Shown: positions 14,201-24,200 of the stretch, one piece after another
How the letters are laid out: every line of letters starts with the position of its first letter
How positions within the stretch are numbered: the stretch's first letter is position 1
Origin: Bugula neritina
Taxonomy: Eukaryota; Animalia; Bryozoa
DNA length: 64,000 nt
Direction: 5' to 3'
Assembly (NCBI GenBank): GCA_964035545.1
Contig: OZ037767.1
Coordinates: forward strand, 20,414,628-20,478,627
Notes under the pieces: generated by a model
Database searches by the model: none
What the model saw: the letters and a program-made list of their open reading frames with translations, nothing else
What the model was told of the DNA's origin: nothing
Translations under genes and position numbers: made by a program

Positions 14201-16567
14201 GTCCGAGGAGATTATCGGCAGCTATTTCGTCAGTCACAACTCTGTAATATATATTACTCTGCTATACTATGCATTACTCATAACTCTGTAATATATATTA
14301 CTATGCTATACTATGCATTACTCACAACTCTGTAATATATATTACTCTGCTATACTATGCATTACTCACAACTCTGTAATATATATTACTATGCTATACT
14401 ATATATAACTTACAGCTCTGTAATATATATATTACTATGCTATACTTTGCATTACTCACAACTCTGTAATATATATTACTATGCTATACTATATATTACT
14501 CACAACTCTGTAATATATATTACTACACTACACTTTATATTACTCACAGCTCTATAATATATATAAATTACTGACAACTCCATATTATAGATTACTATCT
14601 TATATACAAAGTATTATTACTCCAATGTGTTGTACAGAACTGTAACTTATAAGGTAAAGTTCTGCTCCCACAATCTGTCCATAGTTTACAGTAGAAAGGG
14701 TATATAGTGTACAGTAGAAAGGGTATATAGTGTACAGTAGAAAGGGTATATAGTGTACAGTAGAAAGGGTATATAGTATACAGTAGAAAGGGTATATAGT
14801 GTACAGTAGAAAGGGTATATAATGTACAGTAGAAAGGGTATATAGTGTACAGTAGAAAGGGTATATAGTATACAGTAGAAAGAGTATATAGTGTACAGTA
14901 GAAAGGGTATATAGTGTACAGTAGAAAGAGTATATAGTGTACAGTAGAAAGGGTATATAGTATACAGTAGAAAGGGTATATAGTGTATAGTAGAAAGGGT
15001 ATATAGTGTACAGTAGAAAGGGTATATAGTGTACAGTAGAAAGGGTATATAGTGTACAGTAGAAAGGGTATATAGTGTACAGTAGAAAGGGTATATAGTG
15101 TATAGTAGAAAGGGTATATAGTGTACAGTAGAAAGGGTATATAGTGTACAGTAGAAAGGGTATATAATGTACAGTAGAAAGGGTATATAGTGTACAGTAG
15201 AAAGGGTATATAGTATACAGTAGAAAGGGTATACAGTGTACAGTAGAAAGGGTATATAGTGTATAGTAGAAAGGGTATATAGTGTACAGTAGAAAGGGTA
15301 TATAGTATACAGTAGAAAGGGTATATAGTATACAGTAGAAAGGGTATATAGTGTACAGTAGAAAGAGTATACAGCAGAAAGGGTATATAGTGTACAGTAG
15401 AAAGGGTATATAGTGTACAGTAGAAAGGGTATATAGTATACAGTTGAAAGGGTATACAGTAGAAAGGGTATATAGTGTACAGTAGAAAGGGTATATAGTG
15501 TACAGTAGAAAGGGTATGTAGTGTACAGTAGAAAGGGTATATAGTATACAGTTGAAAGAGTGTACAGTAGAAAGGGTGTAAAGTAGAAAGGGTATATAGT
15601 ATACAGTTGAAAGGGTATACAGTAGAAAGGGTATATAGTGTACAGTAGAAAGGGTATATAGTGTATAGTAGAAAGGGTATATAGTGTACCGTAAAAGGGT
15701 ATACAGTAGAAAGAGCAGATTATTGTCATGTAAAGCATGTCAACCTGTGTTTGTCCCATGCTGTGAGAAAAGTGTGGGTCTCATCTACAAAGACGGCAGA
15801 CTTCTGTGTAGGCAAAATCTGTGTTAGCTGAGTTCCATTGAACGTGACGTTGGAGGTGCCAGTGCCTCCCGACTTTGTAGAAATTATTATATCACCCTTT
15901 CCTGTTGGCAAAAGAAAAGTTCACAAGTTAACGGATAACTCACACCAGCAGTACCAATATTAACACTAATTACTGTATAGTAGCCACTACTACTATGTAC
16001 TACTACTACTAGTTACTACTATTCCCTACTACGTACTCACACACCTACACCTTGCCCAGAACGAGCAAATATTTTCTTGTTGGAGATCCAGTCAGCTGTA
16101 AGCACCATTTCCACGCCACATATTTGTAAGGATATGACATCACGAACATCCACTCCCAGATTCTCTCCCCGTATAGTGATGAGAGTGCCAGGTGGGCCTT
16201 CATTGGGCGACACACCTTCAGATTCATTAAATAAACCTCGGCATAAAAACTGATTACACATCTTAGGCAAAAATTAAAAACAATTAAAAACAATTTAATC
16301 TTGTAAGTTGAGTACTTCATAGAAGTTATAAGTAAAATATAGGTATTGTTGCTAAACGTTACTCTGAGCATACAGACCATCTAAACAACTCTAAACCATT
16401 GAACAAACAATAAATATGTAATCAAAACAGACTTGTTGAAATTTAGAGTTTTTGCTGAACAATTACACTGGAGAGAAAGTCAAACAAAACAATTTTTTAT
16501 AAGTAAAGTCAAATAGATGAATATTGACACTAGCTGTACACATACCAGAAACTAAAGGTGGAGGCAT
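2207..16567 (-). CDS. EXOC2: Exocyst complex component 2 (Sec5), about 912 aa, 19 coding exons
   Basis: Exons with GT-AG junctions, phases checked: 16567-16546, 16215-16045, 15901-15745, 14241-14098, 13011-12925, 11775-11633, 11150-11021, 10532-10436, 9942-9813, 9305-9124, 8363(or 8386)-8249, 7820-7729, 7558-7413, 5849-5726, 4927-4699, 4494-4271, 4170-3976, 3370-3233, 2419-2207. The N-terminal IPT/TIG domain ([28 protein letters not shown]) and motifs KADATRNTLGILNRFKFLFYLP, GDYDLVINDYTRAK, GNPAWECI and FNKNGALQAR match Sec5. The exon 10/11 junction is ambiguous. Confidence 0.95.
3038..3212. repeat. 20-bp minisatellite (gcaggtaatatatagagtat), about 9 copies, in the last EXOC2 intron next to its donor
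   Basis: Tandem units read directly from the sequence. Confidence 0.85.
3558..3742 (+). mobile_element. 5'-truncated RTE-type non-LTR retrotransposon 3' fragment with 17-bp target-site duplication
   Basis: Translates as GKRKGGRPKRSWMDTIGDDMKRWDLKPEDAEDWER*R, resembling the RTE ORF C-terminus (GxRxxGRPxxxWxD...DRxxWR). It ends in a short aggtgtg(g/a) tandem tail. Flanks are atttcaattatgtttat (3541-3557) and atttcaattatgcttat (3743-3759). Confidence 0.8.
4952..5557. repeat. 39-bp minisatellite (gagtattggtgtaagacagcacagagtagtatagcacat), about 15 copies, next to the EXOC2 exon 15 acceptor
   Basis: Tandem units read directly; they explain the repetitive ORFs at 4930-5608. Confidence 0.95.
6458..6760. 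repeat. Degenerate G-rich minisatellite of about 28 bp (actgagtagtagagggtgggaggggcc), about 10 copies, intronic
   Basis: actgagtag cores recur at about 28-bp spacing. Confidence 0.75.
8386..8620. repeat. 31-bp minisatellite (cctagcaaccagtaaacagatgagatcatca), about 7.5 copies, containing the acceptor-like TTGCTAG|GT on the - strand
   Basis: Tandem units start at the candidate EXOC2 exon 11 acceptor. Confidence 0.9.
9318..9822. repeat. 28-bp minisatellite filling EXOC2 intron 9; unit = exon end plus donor
   Basis: The - strand unit TACTGTAGAATACACTG|GTAACTATATA matches the real junction GAATACACCG|GTAACTATATA; about 18 copies. Confidence 0.95.
10640..11040. repeat. 42-bp minisatellite duplicating the EXOC2 exon 7 3' end and donor, 9 copies plus 1 degenerate
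   Basis: acctga cores at 10683, 10725, 10767, 10809, 10851, 10893, 10935, 10977 and 11019 (the real donor). Confidence 0.95.
12570..12933. repeat. 35/40-bp minisatellite duplicating the EXOC2 exon 5 3' end and donor, about 10 units
   Basis: The - strand units carry TAGCAGCAG|GTA, as in the real junction TAGCAGCAG|GTAAGT at 12925. Confidence 0.9.
13020..13532. repeat. 25-bp minisatellite (gatagtgtatgtatagtatatatgt), about 20 copies, starting about 9 nt from the EXOC2 exon 5 acceptor
   Basis: Tandem units read directly. Confidence 0.95.
14234..14562. repeat. 44-bp minisatellite duplicating the EXOC2 exon 4 acceptor and first 8 exon nt, about 7.5 copies
   Basis: The - strand units contain TATATATTACAG|AGTTGTGA, identical to the real junction at 14241. 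Confidence 0.9.
14688..15712. repeat. 23-bp minisatellite (tacagtagaaagggtatatagtg), about 44 copies, starting about 32 nt after the EXOC2 exon 3 donor
   Basis: Tandem units read directly; they explain the 357-aa repetitive ORF. Confidence 0.95.
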
Positions 16568-18212
16568 CACTAGTTACGCTTCTCCATTACAGTCCAATCT
16601 TTATTGATATAAGTGTTGTGAAATAATAATAGAACTTTGTCTCCTTAAAAATATAAAATAATATTCCATGAATTATTAAATAGAAATATCATTTTGAAAT
16701 ACTGTAATTCATAAAAAATAATATTTAAATTTGACAACTTGCCCTGAAAAGTTAAACAAATAAAACCACAAAATATGGCTAGATTACAAAAATAACAACT
16801 AATTTATTAGTTGCTAAAATGTTTAATTTTATTTAAAATAACATAGATGAGTGCATTTTGAGCTTTTTTAAACACATGCAAAAACACTAAAAACTAGTGC
16901 AATTTTCATAAACATAAAAATTCGCTATAATCAATTGTGTGTTCAGCCCAATGCCAACACTACTACTAGTAAAGCTTAAACCTCAAAACAAATTGAGTGT
17001 AGGTAGAATATGGCTAAGTTTAGTATCATAATGAATAATGGAAATCTTAATTCCAACAACACTAACACTATGATTACTATGATTAACATTAACAGTCATG
17101 AGTAATTAGTAATAATTTTTTTATTTTGTACTTAATTTTTATTTTGAATAGCTTTTACTTTTAGACATCACTCATTTGTCTTGGATTAGATTTGATGATT
17201 TACTTTTAGTTTTAGGTTTATATTACTCATTTACATTATGATTATGACTACATTTAGTTTTACTTTATCAATATCATTATTATAATGATTATAATTAATA
17301 TTATAATAATAATTATTATGATTATGATTATTATAATCATATTGATAATCGTGTGGTAATAATAATCATAATGATTATCAATATCATTATCTGTATCACT
17401 AAATGATTATCATTGTGTCTATGAAATGAATACTTTGAGTTTGTAATCATTAAAAGTAAATCAGTAAATTCACTAAATCAATATCATAATGATAATGATA
17501 ATGTCAATGATATGCCATGGGCCTGGGCAATCATTTTATCTTTATAGTTCTACAATGTTATTGTAGTCGACATTTTCTAAAAAAATTTATGCTATATAAA
17601 ACTGCATATATAACTACAAAAAATACTGCTTATAATATTAATGATTTTTCATAACTTGTTGCTAAAACTTCTGGTTTTGGTGACCAAAATAAAATTGCGA
17701 GTTCTACTAAATGGCTAAAACTTGAATCAATGATTAAACTTCCTACAGCTGAATAGCTTTGTTTCTTTGTTCAGCAATGAGTACTCCAAAAAAAACCTAT
17801 GATCCAAGGCTTTAACAAAGTTAACCAGTTACCAAGTAACTACAGACGTAACGCGAAACGCGAAACGCTCATCATTACCCACCCAAATTGCTTAGATAAA
17901 TAAAGAATGCAGGTTATTTAGCCTATAAAAGAAAATATATTTCGAAATTGTGTCACTAGATAAGAATCCTTGAACCAATCAATTATATTATTACCAATTC
18001 CTAGCCGCACAGGCTAATAATAGGGTGCGGCGAAAAACTTAATCTTCATTTACCATTAATGATTTGAAAATTAAGCTGGAAAGAAATTTCAATTCCTCAT
18101 TATAATTATTATTCACACTTCATTTAGTTTTACCATCCACGGCTGAGCGCTTTATGCTCGTAATTGGGTTATAAATAATAAAGTTACTTATCCTATAGTG
18201 CACAAACCAAGC

Positions 18213-21200
18213 ATGGCTGAAGAGTCAGAATCCACTCTACCACTTGTTGAATTATTTATCAAGGTAATACTAATAGTTAATGTTATAGTAATACTAATAC
18301 TTACACTTAGAGTTAGTCTTATACTTATAGTTTAGGTTATGCTAATACTAATAGTAATACTAATAGATTAGTAATACTAATACTAATAGTAATAGTAATA
18401 CTACTAGTACTAGTAATACTAATACTAATAGAATAGTAAATGTAATACTATAATTATTAATATTAGTATTACTAATAGTAATACTAATAGTAATACTAAT
18501 ACTAATAGTAATAGTAATTGTAATACTAATAGTAATACTAACTTCTAAGTGTAACGTAATAGTAATACTAATAACAAATGTAATACTACTAGTACTAGTA
18601 ATAAGTAATAAGTCAAGTAACACTAGTAACAGTCTAACACTAAAAGTAAATACTAATACAAATAGTAATACTAATCGGTATTTCACTAATACTAATAGTA
18701 ATACTAATAGTAATTAATTTCTATTAGTAATAGTTATACTAATACTAATACTATTAGTAATAGTAATACTAATACTGACTCTGAGAGTGAGCATAATTAT
18801 TATTTTTATAAGTATTATTAATTAATATTATTATAATTATAATGCTGCAGTACTACCACTAGTACTAAAACTAATATTAGTCATATGTTTAATTTAATGG
18901 TTTTTTTCTAGTTTTATAAATTCATTAAATCTAATATTCAATTGTAATAATCATATTTGACAAACATAAATGTTTAATTAGTAATTACTAGTAAAATGAA
19001 AAATATCAAGAATTTTATTTATATGATAGTAGAATCATCTTAAATTATTGCTTATACTAATACCTGGTGGCACTAGCAATGGCTTGGTTGCCCCCAAAGT
19101 AATTTAAAATAAAACTTTGTAATTGATAATTGTGCTAATTATAATGCTATTTCTATTAGTTATAGTTGAAGTAAAAGTTAGTTATATACTAGCAACAATC
19201 ATATTATGCTGATCTAAATTATGTCAGTGAAAGTCCAAACGTGAGTGTTTCAGTGACTGTTGAGATAAGTGTAGCCAGTAGTGTTAAATGCTGTACCTAC
19301 CTCTCTCACCCACAAACTCTGCTTAAGTCACCAAATCACTATGTAGGTGTAGGCGTACCAGTTTCAGGGCAAGTTAATCATTTTTGTACTAACGTGAAAA
19401 TGCACTCATAATTACTATTAGCAAGTTTCTGAACTGTTAGAATCTTATATTCAAATGTTATTCGCCAGTTGAAGAAAAATCTACTTCTAAAACACTACCA
19501 TAGCATGCCAAGCTGTATGAGTTTCATTTCCCAAAGTAGTGGTTGTGTACAGGGGAAAGCAATTGCTAACAGTGTTGCTGCAGCTGACATTACAAGAATT
19601 TAGAGTTGGCTAATTTGCTGAGTTTTTTTATTTGGGTTAGTATTTTCTTGGACTGATTGAATAATATTTTAGCAGTTGAATATTAACTCAGTGACTAACA
19701 AATTTATAACACTATTGAGCATCTATCTGTTTGTGTTTACATCAGAACATCAGAAACATCCTTACATCTAATTGGCCATATAATTGTAAAATATGTTGAT
19801 ATTAGACGGTTAGCTGTTAGGGCTTTATTTGAAAAGTCCTTCATTTGTTTGATGAGTAAAATCAGGTCTATGTTATGACAACACATCAGCCTCACTATTA
19901 GTAGTAACCGGGCTATAAAGATAAATACAGGTTGAGATAGATAGTAACCCTGCCTAATAATAGAGTTCTAGCTGAATGCAACAGTGCTATTGTTAATGCA
20001 ACAAGATAAAAGGTGTTATTTTGTATTGAATTGCATTTCCAGCAGTAGTTCATTGATAAAAATCTTTCCTGTTTGCGTTTGCACAACATACTGACTTTTT
20101 TATTGAAGTAATAAAACCCTAAAGCTGCTATCAGCTTGCTGATTGCCAGTCCTTGTAGCTGGTAGTGGTTCCCTGATTTTATCAACAAGTATTCAAAGTT
20201 ATTGGGTGGCTTCACAATAAAGTTTTTTTAGGAACCTGGGCTATTGCTTTCATTTATATTTCATATGTGTTAGTTTTATCTTTTTTATATGTTGCTACCA
20301 ATTACCAAGATATTGTTGTTTTTAGTAGCTAGGAATACATGTTAGTCTAAAATCTACATCGTGTAGGCGTAATTACTGACACTATCTTTAAGATAAACTT
20401 CATACCTCTAACATGTCTTGAGGGAGTCCTTAGATTTCCTAAAGATAACCACTGTTTCTATTAACGGTGCCCAAGCATTTCGTGCTGATAATAAACAGTA
20501 TAATATAAGTAATAGAATTAATACTGGGCTGTAGGCATCAAGCATTGACAAGGAGAGAAAAGGATCATGTCCCATGTGTCACCAGTGGTTCATGGCTTTC
20601 TTCATACTCTCCGAACAAGGCTATTGTGACCTACTAGTCACTACAATCGTGTCTGAAAATCCTCCAAAATACTTTCTAGAGCTTGGTACCAGTCGAAGAC
20701 TACCAGACGTTCGAGTTGTCAGAGGTACGCCCCCATCTGCTGATACAGAACTTTTTAGTTCAATGGTTATTCTATGTTGATTTCACTTGCAGAGTATATT
20801 AATGGTTATGCAATGAAGTCAACTCTCGATTAATGAAAAATATTATCTTGTTGATTTTGCCAAAGCCGAGATATTGTGATATTTGTGTTCATAAGGTTGC
20901 CAGGAGAATATTTACAGTGAGCTTGTTTGTAGGACAGCTGAATGGTGTAGATATCACCGACTTGATTTGTGACACCAACGATGAGATTGAGGAATTCATG
21001 CGAAAGTTTGGCTGTGAAGACTTGCTCACCTGGAAGGAGTCAAAGTCAGAGCAGGCTGTCGAGGATGTGTTTGCTGACCTTTACAGGGTAACTATTACCT
21101 ACATACAACTCCTATCTATTACCTACATACAACTCCTATCTATTACCTACATACAACTCCTATCTATTACCTACATACAACTCCTATCTATTACCTACAT

Positions 21201-24200
21201 ACAACTCCTATCTATTACCTACACACAACTCCTATCTATTACCTACACACAACTCCTATCTATTACCTACATACAACTCCTATCTATTACCTACATACAA
21301 CTCCTATTTACTACCTACATACAACTCCTATCTATTACCTACACACAACTCCTATCTATTACCTACATACAACTCCTATCTATTACCTACACACAACTCC
21401 TATCTATTACCTACATACAACTCCTATCTATTACCTACACACAACTCCTATCTATTACCTACATACAACTCCTATCTATTACCTACATACAACTCCTATT
21501 TACTACCTACATACAACTCCTATCTATTACCTACACACAACTCCTATCTACTACCTACATACAACTCCTATCTATTACCTACATACAACTCCTATCTATT
21601 ACCTACATACAACTCCTATCTATTACCTACATACAACTCCTATCTATTACCTACACACAACTCCTATCTATTACCTACATACAACTCCTATCTATTACCT
21701 ACACACAACTCCTATCTATTACCTACATACAACTCCTATCTATTACCTACATACAACTCCTATCTATTACCTACATACAACTCCTATCTATTACCTACAT
21801 ACAACTCCTATCTATTACCTACATACAACTCCTATCTATTACCTACATACAACTCCTATCTATTGGTTACATACAACTCCTATCTATTACCTACACACAA
21901 CTCCTATCTATTACCTACACACAACTCCTATCTATTACCTACACACAACTCCTATCTATTACCTACACACAACTCCTATTTACTACCTACATACAACTCC
22001 TATCTATTACCTACACACAACTCCTATCTATTACCTACATACAACTCCTATCTATTGGTTACATACAACTCCTATCTATTACCTACACACAACTCCTATC
22101 TATTACCTACACACAACTCCTATCTATTACCTACATACAACTCCTATCTATTACCTACATACAACTCCTATCTATTGGTTACATACAACTCCTATCTATT
22201 ACCTACATACAACTCCTATCTATTACCTACATACAACTCCTATCTATTACCTACATACAACTCCTATCCATTACCTACATACAACTCCTATCTATTACCT
22301 ACATACAACTCCTATCTATTAGTTACATACAACTCCTATCTATTGGTTACATACAACTCCTATCTATTAGTTACATACAACTCCTATCTATTACCTACAT
22401 ACAACTCCTATCTATTACCTACACACAACTCCTATCTATTACCTACATACAACTCCTATCTATTACCTACATACAACTCCTATCTATTACCTACATACAA
22501 CTCCTATCCATTACCTACATACAACTCCTATCTATTAGTTACATACAACTCCTATCTATTACCTACATACAACTCCTATCTATTACCTACATACAACTCC
22601 TATCTATTGGTTACATACAACTCCTATCTATTACCTACACACAACTCCTATCTATTACCTACACACAACTCCTATCTATTACCTACACACAACTCCTATC
22701 TATTACCTACATACAACTCCTATCTATTACCTACATACAACTCCTATCTATTACCTACATACAACTCCTATCCATTACCTACATACAACTCCTATCTATT
22801 ACCTACATACAACTCCTATCTATTACCTACATACAACTCCTATCTATTGGTTACATACAACTCCTATCTATTAGTTACATACAACTCCTATCTATTACCT
22901 ACATACAACTCCTATCTATTACCTACACACAACTCCTATCTATTACCTACATACAACTCCTATCTATTACCTACATACAACTCCTATCTATTACCTACAT
23001 ACAACTCCTATCCATTACCTACATACAACTCCTATCTATTAGTTACATACAAATCCTATCTATTACCTACATACAACTCCTATCTATTACCTACATACAA
23101 CTCCTATCTATTACCTACATACAACTCCTATCTATTGGTTACATACAACTCCTATCTATTACCTACACACAACTCCTATCTATTACCTACACACAACTCC
23201 TATCTATTACCTACACACAACTCCTATCTATTACCTACACACAACTCCTATCTATTACCTACATACAACTCCTATCTATTACCTACATACAACTCCTATC
23301 TATTACCTACACACAACTCCTATCTATTGGTTACATACAACTCCTATCTATTACCTACACACAACTCCTATCTATTACCTACACACAACTCCTATCTATT
23401 ACCTACACACAACTCCTATCTATTACCTACACACAACTCCTATCTATTACCTACATACAACTCCTATCTATTACCTACATACAACTCCTATCTATTACCT
23501 ACATACAACTCCTATCTATTACCAACACACAACTCCTATCTATTACCTACACACAACTCCTATCTATTACCTACATACAACTCCTATCTATTAGTTACAT
23601 ACAACTCTTATCTATTACCTACATACAACTCCTAACTATTACCTACACACAACTCCTATCTATTACCTACATACAACTCCTATCTATTACCTACATACAA
23701 CTCCTATCTATTACCTACATACAACTCCTATCTACTACCTACACACAACTCCTATCTATTACCTACATACAACTCCTATCTATTAGTTACATACAACTCC
23801 TATCTATTACCTACATACAACTCCTATCTACTACCTACACACAACTCCTATCTATTACCTACATACAACTCCTATCTATTACCTACATACAACTCCTATC
23901 TATTACCTACATACAACTCCTATCTACTACCTACACACAACTCCTATCTATTACCTACATACACCTCCTATCTATTACCTACATACAACTCCTATCTATT
24001 ACCTACATACAACTCCTATCTATTACCTACATACAACTTCTATCTATTACCTACATACAACTCCTATCTATTACCTACATACAACTCCTATCTATTAGTT
24101 ACATACAACTCCTATCTATTACCTACATACAACTCCTATCTATTACCTACATACAACTCCTATCTATTAGTTACATACAACTCCTATCTATTACCTACAT

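Noticed and set aside
4930-15759. Repetitive ORFs at 4930-5608, 14141-14557 and 14686-15759
   Set aside because: They are translations of intronic tandem repeats, often open in several frames, with no protein-like composition.
17851-17868. acgcgaaacgcgaaacgc as an E2F/MCB-type element in the EXOC2/CLIC promoter
   Set aside because: The motif is short and the TSS is unknown, so it cannot be supported from sequence alone.
18360-18686. Hydrophobic 108-aa ORF (likewise 37660-37935 and 44620-44826)
   Set aside because: These are products of low-complexity tri- or hexanucleotide intronic tracts.
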